Source: Macrostomum lignano (lineage: Eukaryota). Taken from it: 64,000 nt of DNA. The stretch spans positions 1-64,000 of the forward strand of contig NIVC01002264.1 of assembly GCA_002269645.1 (NCBI GenBank), in the 5' to 3' direction. The notes under the pieces were generated by a model that did not search any database, was not told the origin of the DNA, and saw only the letters and a program-made list of their open reading frames with translations. The translations under genes were made by a program, and so were the position numbers. Each line of letters begins with the position of its first letter. Within the stretch, counting starts at the first letter, position 1. Below, piece after piece: positions 1 through 11,443 of the stretch.

Positions 1-445
1 CCAGCCGCGCCGCCGACCCACTCTGCCGTCGTCTGGCAGTTCGGACACGTCGAAGCGTTGCGCCATTTCCGCAACGTTGTCCTTCGGCCGCATTTCGTAT
101 CGCGCGAACTGGAGATTAATCTGCAGCGCCAGTTTTTGTTCTTCGGCTCGAGCACACTGACCGAGTGCCGCTTAACACGATGGCTGACATCGACGGCCAG
201 GTGTACATTGTTGGCCTGGCTGGCGAGATCGTGTTCACCATCAAGTCCGACCCGAACTGCTGCAAGAAGCCGGAGAATCAAGTAACGAGATTCGCCAAAG
301 TGCGCCCGGCCGGCTGCTGTCGTTACCGTCCAACTGCTACAACATCCTGGCTAGGCGGAACGGCACAGACTACGCCATGGCCTATGTGGGCTCGGTGGCC
401 ATGGCCCAGCACCCGTCTGCTGAGCGGGTGAAGCCGAAGAAGTGA
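1..445 (+). CDS. 3' end of an uncharacterised protein-coding gene, truncated by the window edge, with two apparent -1 frameshifts
   Basis: GC-rich coding-like sequence open from base 1 (PAAPPTHSAVVWQFGHVEALRHFRNVVLRPHFVSRELEINLQRQFLFFG). It continues in the 165..431 frame (PLNTMADIDGQVYIVGLAGEIVFTIKSDPNCCKK) and then a third frame (EIRQSAPGRLLSLPSNCYNILARRNGTDYAMAYVGSVAMAQHPSAERVKPKK*, stop 443-445). AT-rich sequence follows. No family recognised. Confidence 0.5.
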
Positions 446-632
446 ATGGACGGGTTGAATGCCGTTCTGAATTAACTCATTATATTTATAAAATACTGAT
501 TCGGTGGTCTATACAAAATAATGCTAGCCTGTTACTACTAGTCGCTACTCACTAGGCATCTAGCACACGAGGAGTTAGTCACGATACACATATCGTGATA
601 CTACGAGTATATAGGTAGATAAACAGCTAGCT

Positions 633-657
633 AGATAGATAGATATATAGATAGATG

Positions 658-703
<46 letters not shown>

Positions 704-716
704 CAGACAGATAGAT
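633..716. repeat. (GATA)n microsatellite
   Basis: Direct reading: tagatagataga... with a few GACA and GATG variants. Confidence 0.95.
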
Positions 717-1303
717 ACCTATCAAAATATGATTGTTTCATATATGCGTTACTAGAATTAATTTAGCTAGAGAAACAAATTACTAGGCAGAGAATTATTA
801 CCACCAAAACAGAGCGCTTACGAATTTATTCAATCACTACACGCTATTCCGCTATACCCGTTACAAAATACACTCGAAGCAAATCTATAGTTCGCTGTTA
901 GTTTGACAAGTCTATAAAAAATTCTTCAAACGAGAAGAGATAGATCTACTGTAACTCAAAGACGCGAGTTGAAATATGAAAATTGGATTTTTGTGTGTTT
1001 TTCAGTGAAGCCGTTTATTGAGTTCTATTGACGCAAACAGCGGTGGATGAGGGAGCGATGGAGGCGAGTTAAGAGTAGGCGACTGGCTGAGCACAGCTGG
1101 CTCACCTGCCGGCGCCAGCAGATTTTTTTCAAATGATGGAGCTAAGGGGGGGGGGCTTCCAGCTGCCCTTGCATAGGCAACCGGTGATTGAGTCGCCCAC
1201 TCGGAGCCGGCGTCCATCGAGTCCTGCTGTCTGGCGTAAACAGCCATTACGGTTGCTTTTGCCTGGGACACTCCCAACCGTAGGATGGGAATTTATAAGC
1301 TTC

Positions 1304-1426
<123 letters not shown>

Positions 1427-2167
1427 ATAGATTCAGATTCCTTCCTGTTTTTTCTTGACGGTGAGCTTCTTGTGTATGCAGATACAGACTCCTTTGCCCC
1501 ATCTGGACTCAAGACCGGACTCAACTAAACTCCAATTCGAGAAAAAATGATTTAAAAAAATTGTCGACAAATTTTCAGTCGCAGACTCGAAGCGCGAATC
1601 AAGTGGAAGCTTCAAAGCAAAAAAACAGAGCAATTTCGTCTGGCGCACCTGTGGCACAATTTATTTTTTGAGGGAGGAAAATTGGGACGTTTTTGTTTGT
1701 CTGTCTTATGGACCAATTCGGCTGCCCGCAGAGCGGCAGAGCCGTTTGAATATAATTGATCAATTGTTTCGAAAATTTGCTCAGCATGGACCAGGTAGTT
1801 AACTGCTGCGAAACAAAGTCAAAGCAAAATTTCCTGCAGCAAATTTTCAAAACAGCAAAGCTTTACTTATAATTGTTTTTCCAGCAATTTGCTAACAAAT
1901 TGTTGGAAATCGCTCTTGAATGGGAAATTGTTTAAAGCAATTTTTGATGGGAAATCTTTTTTTATTGCCGCGACTTGCCTTCCCAGCTGTCTTGGTCGGC
2001 TGTCCGAGTGTCCGATCCAAGTTATTTTCTGGGCTTGTGTGTACTGCTGGGGCGCTTTCATATCTCAGAAATTTCATATTTCCGAATCGTATTTCCGAAA
2101 TTTCATATCTCTGACGCTCCATATCTTTATATCATATCATATGAAGTCTGTTGCTAAGCTTGTCTGG

Positions 2168-3107
2168 GATGTGAAGTGTCGGAGATATGGAGTGTTGGAG
2201 ATGTGAAGTGTTGGAGATATGGAGTGTTGGAGATGTGAAGTGTCGGAGATATGGAGTGTTGGAGATGTGAAGTGTCGGAGATATGGAGTGTTGGAGATGT
2301 GAAGTGTTGGAGATGCGAAGTCGGAGATATGGAGTGTTGGAGATGTGAAGTGTCGGAGATGTGAAGTGTCGGAGATATGGAGTGTTGGAGATGCGAAGTC
2401 GGAGATATGGAGTGTTGGAGATGTGAAGTGTCGGAGATGTGAAGTCGGAGATATGGAGTGTTGGAGATGTGAAGTGTCGGAGATATGGAGTGTTGGAGAT
2501 GTGAAGTGTCGGAGATGTGAAGTGTCGGAGATATGAAGTGTCAAAGATATGAAGTGTCGGAGATATGAGATATCGGAGATATGAAGTGTCGGAGTTGGGA
2601 AGTGTTGGAGATGTGAAGTGTCGGAGATGTGAAGTGTCGGAGATATGAAGTGTCAAAGATATGAAGTGTCGGAGATATGAGATATCGGAGATATGAAGTG
2701 TCGGAGTTGGGAAGTGTTGGAGATGTGAAGTGTCGGAGATGTGAAGTGTCGGAGATATGGAGTGTTGGAGATGTAAAGTGTCGGAGATGTGAAGTCGGAG
2801 ATATGGAGTGTTGGAGATGTGAAGTGTCTGAGATATGAAGTGTCAGAGATATGAAGTGTCGGAGATATGGAGTGTTGGAGATGTAAAGTGTCGGAGATGT
2901 GAAGTCGGAGATATGGAGTGTTGGAGATATGAAGTGTCGGAGTTGGGAAGTGTTGGAGATGTGAAGTGTCGGATATATGAAGTGTCAGAGATATGAAGTG
3001 TCGGAGATATGGAGTGTTGGAGATATGAAGTGTCGGAGTTGGGAAGTGTTGGAGATGTGAAGTGTCGGAGATATGAAGTGTCGGAGATATGAAGTGTCGG
3101 AGATATG
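2168..3107. repeat. Minisatellite built from 16-bp variants (GAAGTGTCGGAGATAT / GGAGTGTTGGAGATGT) and 14-bp deletion variants
   Basis: Direct tandem reading; the overlapping ORFs are repeat translations. Confidence 0.95.
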
Positions 3108-3627
3108 ATTGCCGGATATGTGAAAGAAGCTGCTTTTCAAAGATATAAAAGTAGGGGAACTAATATGCAAGGATCCTATGTTCGCATAATCAAATACATC
3201 TGGATACGCTACAACAATGCTGTGTCTTCGTTCAGTGAAGTCACTTATTGAAATGCCAACTTCGGGCGGGCGACTCGCATAGCAATTATGTAGTACACCT
3301 TTTCACGTTCAATTTTGATCAAAGTCCAGTTCTAAAAAAACTAGCGGAAATTCAATTCAGACTGAGGATAATTTTGTCTATGGCTAAACCTTACTTCGGT
3401 TAGAATGTTTTGAACTGGGTCAGACTGGGCCCCAGTCTAAATTGTCTGAATTGAATTGCTAGAAAATTTAGAATACTAATTATTATTTAAGTTGAACTGG
3501 AAATTGATACCACATTGAAACCACAGGAATTTAAAACATATAACTGCAATACTACGAAAACAAATGTCGGCAAAACTTAGTAGTTTTTTCAGTTTGGGTA
3601 GCATTGACGATGTCAGGTTGCATCCTA

Positions 3628-4250
3628 GGGCTTGAAATTGAACGCGCAGTTCGCAAAAGTTCCATTGAAGTTAAGCGAAAACGCTGAACGGTTCCCTACT
3701 ACGTTGGTGGAATCCACGTCGATCACCTGATTCATAAGGTGCTGACTGGACGAAACAGGTCCGAGCTTGGTGACAGGCACGACCACTTTTGGGTCTACGT
3801 TGACCAAAAAAGTAAACGAGTACGAAGTACACCTCGTGCAGAAGTAGTTGGAGTTGACCGATCAAAATAGCTAGATAGCTTTTCCAGGTCTTCCTTGCAA
3901 ATTGCCTCAAAATGTTCGATCCTTCCGCCAGCTTTAAGAAAAAGTCTGCCAACGGCTTTTAACGCCAAATTAGCTTTGAGTAAAAGCGATATCCTCAATG
4001 ATATTCAGCCGGCGAACACGCAAAAAATAGCGACAGAGTCCGGCTCTAACACAGATCAGCGTAGTTGGTGCATAAAAGGTCTTGTCGAAGTGTAGCGTAA
4101 AAGTACTTTAACTTTTCAGCTAGATATTCAACGTCACAAGTATCGATGTCGCGACCTAGGCACGAGTCATCTCTCCATTGGTGCACGCTTGAAATATCTA
4201 TGATCTAAACTTGGTGTTGAGCGGCCTTAGTGGAATTACGAGCCGTATTT
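3628..4250 (-). mobile_element. Degraded Crypton-like (tyrosine recombinase, KCTD1/ZMYM/DUF3504-related) fragment with frameshifts and an internal deletion
   Basis: Minus-strand peptides across frames: VEYLAEKLKYFYATLRQ, YAPTTLICVRAGLCRYFLRVRRLNIIEDIAF, KANLALKAV, HFEAICKEDLEKLSSYFDRSTPTT, EVYFVLVYFFGQR and a C-terminal FNGTFANCAFNF. These resemble Crypton N-terminal and pre-catalytic motifs; the catalytic core is missing. Confidence 0.6.
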
Positions 4251-4618
4251 TCATTCTAGTATTGTCTTAATTTTAACGATCGTGTATACCAAAGCTCATA
4301 GTCGTGATCTACGACGCGGCATCGGGTGAACGAATTGGCCTACTACACATGTCAGAAGGAGACGTGGTCGCGGCACCTCCTCGGCTGAGATTGGCGAGAG
4401 TACGAGTATTCAGCGCGAGTCAACCATGCTCAGCATGTTCGACGATCTGGCTCAATTAGATGTGAACGAACCCGAGGAGATTTTACTCGGTCAGGATCTG
4501 GATCAGGATCGAGACCTGCTCAATGAGATGGATCTTATACAATTGGACGAAACGCTGAAGTCGTATTAAATAAAGTTTTTTGTTCGGTGTGGTTTGGCCA
4601 TAGACATTAGGCTCGATT

Positions 4619-5232
4619 GGTATACCCATAGATCTTATATTCCCTAGATAAGCCACTCACGACCACAAGCACACCCATAGAGCCTTCGTCTTTCTTGAAG
4701 ATTTTGCGACCACGGTATCAGGTCAGTAGCTTGTGCGCGTCTTAGGGTTTTTAAAGGTATATTTAGACGGCAGGCGCAAGCCATACTTGCAGTCCGTGTA
4801 GTCCTTGTTCCGGAAAAAGGCTATGCCTGACTCCTATGACTTAAAGGACGACTTAGGGCCGCTTAACGATTCAAGTCACTCCTAGGGAAGTTGTGCAGCG
4901 ACATGTTGACTCCATTACTTGTTGGTGGCGGCAATTTACGAGCTATGTGCGCTGCATCCCCGAACATGGCAGCCCTCGAATTCAGCGCTCTTCCGCCCAT
5001 TTGTTTGATAGCAAAGCGCAAGGACGCGAGGACCAGTGAACTTTGTGTCTGTTGTGAATATTTTTGTAACCACGAAAGAAATATGTCATGTCCCTTTAAG
5101 CTACTGACCTCAGACTTGTCTTAAACGCTGTCGGCTTAATTCAATCTTTCTTGCAATTTTCGTGGTCGGTCTTTTCCTAATGAATGCACTGAGAGTGGCC
5201 TATCTAGGGAATATAAGATCTATGGGTATACC
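4619..5232. mobile_element. Non-autonomous TIR element (MITE-like), 614 bp, 40-bp terminal inverted repeats
   Basis: 4619-4658 GGTATACCCATAGATCTTATATTCCCTAGATAAGCCACTC is the reverse complement of 5193-5232 at 39/40 positions. No coding capacity; no TSD seen. Confidence 0.75.
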
Positions 5233-6844
5233 TCTAAAAACACCTACAAAATGATACGATATATTTTTTCTTGATCTGTTAACAGCACTTCGGTTATTTG
5301 AGCAAGAGACTGAGAGGGGCAAAAAGGAATGCTCATAGACTATGATAGCAATATAATATTCACATACGCGCGTTTCGAAACATAAACTCCAACCCCTTGA
5401 CCAACGACAGGCACCAGAGCCGTTTCCTTGGCTTCGGGAGCCAGTCTGAAGCATCCACAGCCAGAGTCGCTTTCATTGGCGTCCGGAGCCACTAGGCTTC
5501 TAAGACTGACGGATTGTTGGACACAATTTCAACATCCGATGTTGTAGTCCTAGCAGCAGCTCTCTTCCAATGTCTTCATTTTTTATCATCTTGAAGCGTC
5601 GCACTCCTTCGTGCTTCTCTTCGTCGGAATAAAAAATTCCAAGGGGTCCAGAGGCGCAGTGTTTTCCATATAATATTGTCACTAACTTTTCCAAACTGGC
5701 AATACTTTAGACACAGACAAGTAACTTTAATCTTTGCGGCCATAGACAACTTTCGGGAGTTTCTGCAGGCTGTGCGATGCCTACATGTAAGATTAAATAT
5801 ACTCAGCAACAGTGTCCACCCTTTCCGCGGGAATCATTACGTCAACAGATGAATGGAATGTTCGAAAATAGACTATCTTGTCCATGGTTGTTCCCAGCAA
5901 GCAATCCCAACCACCGGTAGTCAAGAGAATCAAGAAAAAAGTCTTGAAGCCAACTTCATGGCCAAAGACAACGTTGTTTAAAGTACTTTGAATGTACTCG
6001 TAATCCACTTTGCCTGTGCGCCTCGTCTATTCCCCCAGTGTTAAATGAGCGGTGATAATCAGTAGCGTAACTCTGCTACCATAGACAAACCAACCAGATG
6101 GATAGACATGGATAGCGAGTCGCACATGCCGTGGATTATATACAAAGAATCTCCTCGTATCGGGCGATTATTGTTTATATTTTATAACTTAACAAGCGCT
6201 GTAACTGAGGCTGATCGTGTCACACTGCTCGACATTCTTTTTCGATCGTTTTTGGCACTATCTAGAGCAGCAATGCACTATCTATTCGCATGACGCAATG
6301 CATGATTACGCAAATGTTACCAAAAGAACATACGCCCGTGGTCATGGGTAGCTGTAAAGCTAGGGTTGAAAGTGCAACTCATTTTATAGCGGTAATCCAT
6401 TATACTAAAATAACTATACTAAACTTTCTATTAAGTCACAAGTTTAATTCTAATTTTTTTTGAATTCCTTCTTTCAGAGATTCGCTATTTCGTAATTCTC
6501 TCGTGATTTCCTTCAGAGTCCTTCGAACTGATTTTTGCATTCAGATACTTTTTTATCAACGATTCACAACGAAGTCACATGTAAGATGGGGCTCAAACTC
6601 TAATTCAAACAGTTTTGTACAATAATAAACAATTGCTTAAAATACTAGCAGAAAAATGGCAGGATTTCTGAGTAAGGGCCAGATAGGATTCCTTCTTTCT
6701 GCTTTCTTTCCGATCTCAGAAACGCCCCAAGTCAGACCGCGGCAGTCGAACCGCGTCTTTTTTGCACAGCCAATATGATCGAGCAGCCAATTGTCGCCTG
6801 TTTGCGTAGGGAAGCGGGTAGGCGGCAGATAAACGGGAAAAGTC

Positions 6845-6852
6845 TATAAATA
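6845..6852 (+). promoter_or_regulatory. TATA box of the secreted-peptide gene, with two CCAAT-like boxes upstream (about 6769 and 6787)
   Basis: TATAAATA lies about 90 bp upstream of the ATG at 6942; AGCCAAT occurs twice further upstream. Confidence 0.6.
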
Positions 6853-6941
6853 CAAATCTGCTTCCTCAGCCTCAGCAGCAAAACTTCAGAGCGCAGTTTG
6901 AACTTCTAAAAGTCTCTTTAACATTCAAACTAATAAGCAAA

Positions 6942-7373
6942 ATGTCCTACCTAAGCCTACTGACCTGCCTAGGCGTTTTGGCTACCGGCCTGGTTGTCGG
7001 CACCTCGGCCGCCTCCCTGAAGCTGCCGTATTTCGATGACGACGTCTTCCCTACGCAGTACCCGATCGACGCCGCCACCCAGCCGACACCGAAGCCAGGC
7101 ATCGGCGTCAACCGCCTGGAAATGGTTGGCGCCTGCGCCGACCCGGAGCACGGTCCTGCCATATTCAACAGCTGCCTGGTGTGCGCCTGGTACGAGTTCA
7201 TGTCGCACAGCCGATCGACAGAGACGCTGTTCGACCAGGACAAGTTCGCCGAGTGCTGCCAGCAGTCATCTAACGGCCACTACGCCTGCTTTGATAAGCC
7301 GGTCTATGCGAGCATCGGCCTGCGTCCCTCCGATCAGCAGGACTTTCCGATGCAGTCGATCGAGCAGTCCTAA
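6942..7373 (+). CDS. Single-exon secreted cysteine-rich protein (143 aa; signal peptide and C-x12-C-x2-C-x23-CC-x9-C)
   Basis: Hydrophobic N-terminus MSYLSLLTCLGVLATGLVVGTSAA, AAAATG start context, GC-rich codon usage, upstream TATA box and AATAAA at 7392-7397. Confidence 0.8.
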   Translation: MSYLSLLTCLGVLATGLVVGTSAASLKLPYFDDDVFPTQYPIDAATQPTPKPGIGVNRLEMVGACADPEHGPAIFNSCLVCAWYEFMSHSRSTETLFDQDKFAECCQQSSNGHYACFDKPVYASIGLRPSDQQDFPMQSIEQS

Positions 7374-7391
7374 ACTAAAGTCAACTGCGGC

Positions 7392-7397
7392 AATAAA
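7392..7397 (+). terminator. Polyadenylation signal AATAAA
   Basis: 18 nt after the stop codon of the 6942..7373 gene. Confidence 0.6.
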
Positions 7398-7740
7398 GCC
7401 TAATTGGCTATGAACGAGGCAGAATTGACTGAAATTTGACGCGCGCGCTTGCACTACTGTCCCCGTCAACCCCCTTCGCTCCCCCTGTGACAAGTCCCTC
7501 CCTACGAGCTGAAACCAAAGCACAAAAAGAGGAAAAATATAGCAATGCAGCGATCACGCTCGTGTAATAAAAAAAGTTCCAAGCGCCGCGACAGATTTGT
7601 CATCTAATTAAAGCAACTTTGCAAGCAAAATCTTTGAAAATTCAATATTAACGAGCGGGGCCCCATTTGCTTGTCCCACTCAGGCTGTTTTCATTGTCTT
7701 AGTTCTTTTAGTCCTTAAAAATGAAAGGGAAGAAGCTCGA

Positions 7741-7809
7741 CTGCAATTGGAATCGAGCCTGGGCCATGAGAGCACGAGAGAGCTGCGCTGGACCACTGGG
7801 CTACGGCCC
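7741..7809 (-). mobile_element. Isolated tRNA-like head of SINE family A
   Basis: GGAATCGAGCCTGGG...GCTGCGCT...CTGGGCTACGGCCC closely matches the head at about 57470-57530. Confidence 0.6.
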
Positions 7810-8004
7810 TGAATGCCTTATGGTGAAACCCCATATAGCGCTGTAAAAAACAGCGTTCTATTAGGCCTTTACTTCATCTAATTGGTTGCGTGGCCGTCAG
7901 CACAGATTTTCCATAGAAAAACCTTAGAAAACCATAGACAACAGAAATCAGTTCGGTTTTTTAAACTGTGAACAGTTTTGGCCAAAGCCGGAAGGCATGG
8001 CTAA

Positions 8005-8150
8005 ATTAAAGAAAATGCGCAGAGAGGACCATACGCTAAAATCAGTCCGGCGGACAAAGAAAGGATCGTGAATACTTTCGATAGGACCCGGTTATAGACA
8101 ATAGCCGGAATCGGTTTTAAGGACTGTTTGCTAGTCTACGTTAAGTACGA
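8005..8150 (+). mobile_element. Possible Tc1/IS630-type transposase N-terminal HTH remnant
   Basis: RGPYAKISPADKERIVNTFDR followed by a stop and frameshift; resembles transposase N-termini. Short and weak match. Confidence 0.3.
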
Positions 8151-8656
8151 GTTTGGACAATTTTAATACTGGATTCGTGTTATTCTAAATTATTTTGTTA
8201 TACTCGTATTTATTTTCAGATCGTTGCTCTTTACTATTTTGTTCGCACTCTAAAGCAATTAAAAACAGATTTTTTAGATACTTTTTCTTGCGTGATAAAA
8301 CAGCCTACTTGCGTTCAGTGATCTGGATACAAGCACTCGATATTGACTCAGAGAACGACTAGCTTGTACAGTGCTACTAGCTACACTCGTACTTAAAAGA
8401 AAAAAATCGAAACAAACTATAAATTGAATCATTTTAACTACCAAAAAGCAGCCATTGTAATGTCTGTACACATTGTACTTTTCCAGACCAACGATAGTGC
8501 ATAATGCATGACAAGATATAAAAATGCCGAGCAAATTCATTTCATACAATGGAACTGATTTAATACACGCGTGATAAAACTGGTATACACATACTACTGA
8601 CAACTCAGCATTAACGGACTGAAAAATGCTAGCGATTTCACTGCCAAGGGCCAGAC

Positions 8657-10751
8657 TTAGCCCCAAATTCCGCGTCCAACCCGCTTATCGTAGGGATGGC
8701 TGCGCTGCAGATAATACTCGGGCGGCGGTCTCACGCTGGGGTCCCGGCAGTAGCCGTGATGATCAATGCTACAGTAAACTGACTCGGTCTGTTCAGCCGC
8801 AGCAGCTGGCTCAGCAGCGGTGTTAAACGCAGCTGGCCGAGGAATTGGAGGCGCTCGTTCAAAACGGTAGTCCTGATCAGTCGATGGCGCCGCAGGTGGA
8901 GGCAGTGCAGCTTGCGTCGGCGGCGGCCCTGCCTGCCGATACGGCTGCTCCATATAGCCGCTACCGTCAAAGCTGCGATCACCAAAGTGTTCCGAATCTG
9001 CTGCAGGGTAGCCGCCGCCAGCGTCATGAAATTCTTCATCGTAGCCGCCATATCCGGGTCCGGGTCCCTCCATGCTGCCACCGCGAAACTCGCCAAGGCC
9101 AGTGTGACCACGATATTCGTCTTCAAATTCGTGAACATGACCGCCGCGGAGTTCTTCGTAGCCAGCGGGACCGGCACGTCCACGACTCGGGTCGCCAACG
9201 TTGAAGCCGTCAACATCTTGTGGCGGAAAATCACTCCGATAGTAGTCAAACCCGCCACTGGTGTCCCGGAACTCGTCGAAGCCACCGCCTCGACCGCCTC
9301 TACCTCTACGACCTCTGTGGCCGCGCGATCCGTCGCTTTCTTGATAGTCGCGGTAGCCTCCGTCTCCTCCGCCGCGGCCGCGCCCTCTGCCGTGAAATTC
9401 TCCTCCGTAGCCTTCTGGAAATTCACTGAAGCCCCGAATCCGCCTCTGCCACGCCCTCGTCCTCTGCCGCGGTAGCCGCCCCGGCTGCCAGGTACGTCGC
9501 CTTCAGTGTAATCAGCGTACTCAAAGCTGCCACCGTCCCCACCGCCGCGGCCGCGACCTCTGCCACGGAATTCTCCGCCGTAGCCGCCACCACGATTATC
9601 GCCTTCTGGAATGTAGCTGCCTGCACCGCGACCCCGACCGCCTCGACCGCGGAATTCTCCGCCGATGCCGCCGCGACTGACTGCCGCATCGTCGTCTTGA
9701 AACTCGTTATGACCGCCGCGGCCCCGACCTCTTCCACGAAAGTCGCCGCCGAAGCCTCCACGGCCGGCACTGGCATCGCCTTCTTGGAAATCGCTTCCAT
9801 CACCGCGGCCTCGACCTCTGCCGCGGAACTCTCCACCAAAGCCTCCGCGGCTGCTACCACCTTCGCCACCTTCCTGGAAGTCGCTTCCGCCACCGCCTGC
9901 ACCGCGGCCCCGACCTCCGCCGCGGAACTCTCCACCAAAGCCTCCGCGGCTGCTACCACCTTCGCCACTTTCCTGGAAGTCGCTTCCGCCTCCTGCGCTA
10001 CCGCCGCGGCCTCGACCTCTGCCGCGAAAGTCCGCGCTGAAGCCTCCGCGACCGCCACTAGCATCACCTTCCTGAAAATCGCTTCCATCGCCTCCTCCGC
10101 TACTGCCGCGGCCTCGACCTCTGCCGCGAAAGTCGCCGCCGAGGCCTCCACGGCCGGCGCTGGCATCGCCTTGGAATCGCTTCCATCGCCGCGGCCCCGA
10201 CCTCTGCCGCGAAACTCTCCACCGAAGCCTCCGCGGCCGCCTTCATTATATTCGTCAAAACCAACTGATTCTCCAATCCCGCCTGCGCCACCGCCTCGGC
10301 CCCGTCCTCTGCTGCGAAATTCGCTGCCAAAGCCTCCACCGCCGCGTCCAGCACCTTCACCTCGGCCACGGCCGCCGCCTCCTCGGAAGCCCCCAAAATC
10401 TGCTTCACTTGGGGGAAAGCCGGAGCCTTCGGCGCCGCCGCGACCTCCGCGGCCTCGACCAACTCCGCCGTCAAACTGCGGAGGACCGCCGCTACCTCTG
10501 CCGCCTCTGAATGCATCAAAGCCGCGCTCTTTTTTGTCCCTAGCCATGGACACATAGATGCGATTGTTGCCGACTTGCGCATCAGCCAGCCCTTCAATAG
10601 CTGCCCGACCAGCCGATTCGTCTTCCATCACCACAAATGCAAAATCTTTCACCAAATCCAACGAGACAACTCGGCCGAATTTGGCGAAAGCGGACTCTAA
10701 TTCGGCCGGATCAACGCGTGACGACAGGCCGCCAACGAATAACTTCACCAT
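8657..10751 (-). CDS. Intronless RNA-binding protein: RBM4/Lark-like RRM, long RGG/RG repeat region and an acidic/Pro-rich tail (about 698 aa once two 1-bp deletions are restored)
   Basis: MVKLFVGGL...KDFAFVVMED is an RRM (RNP2/RNP1) similar to RBM4 RRM1. The RGG frame shifts at about 10176, where the paralogous repeat reads TTGGAAATC versus TTGGAATC, and at about 9432 (C-run). It then joins ORF 8657..9073. 2095 nt plus 2 equals 699 codons. Confidence 0.8.
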
Positions 10752-11443
10752 GCTGCTGGCTGTCTACTACTGCTTAGCTGGGCTCTGCTAGTTGGCTGTC
10801 TTTGTTCTGGGCAGCGGGAAACGGGAAGAGAGCGTCCAAATTTAGTTTACTAGACTGGAAATATTGGAATTCAGTTTAATAGTTGGAAGCTTTAAGATAA
10901 AAATGATATCTTTAGATCTAATCGCCGTGCCCATTAATATAATCTGTCTCTAAGTTTTATCTACAACCTCAAATTTTCACAGCTTTTCATAAAAGCTGTG
11001 AGAGCCAAATACGTTTACGTCGGTCACATAGCAATTACTAAAGACAAATTCGAAAATGAAAATGTTAACGTTACTCAGCCGTGTAGAAACTAGTGAGTAT
11101 AAACTATATATATTTTGAACCGGAATGAAAAATGGATTACACATACAAAATGACAAGCCGAGTGTTAGACACTTGTAAGTAACTAAATCATATTCTCAAT
11201 TTTTAGTACGAAAACGAAACGACAATTTTAGATTGACAATTCTCGCTTTTCTACTGTAAGTAGAAAAAACGAATAACAGGATTGTCGGATGCTCGTACAT
11301 CTTAGATAATAAAGATTTAACAATTCCTGTTGACCGATTCCGCTTCTTTTGGTGGATGACATTCTGCTCCTTCCCAAAACAACAAGAAGAATCCGAAAAA
11401 TCAATAAATATATTCAATATGAATACTATTGGCCAATTAATAG

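Noticed and set aside
2132-3170. Repeat arrays (also 17.2 kb and 61.3 kb) as possible CRISPR arrays
   Set aside because: The units are contiguous with no unique spacers, there are no cas genes, and the context is eukaryotic.
5350-6010. Possible BEN-domain or integrase-like peptide fragments on the minus strand
   Set aside because: The matches are short, fragmented across frames and too weak to assign from sequence alone.
9423-10170. Ala/Glu/Val-rich C-terminus in the 442-aa ORF, and the antisense Ala/Thr/Ser ORFs at 8912-10557
   Set aside because: These are off-frame or antisense readings of the RGG codons; the internal repeat comparison identifies the frameshift.
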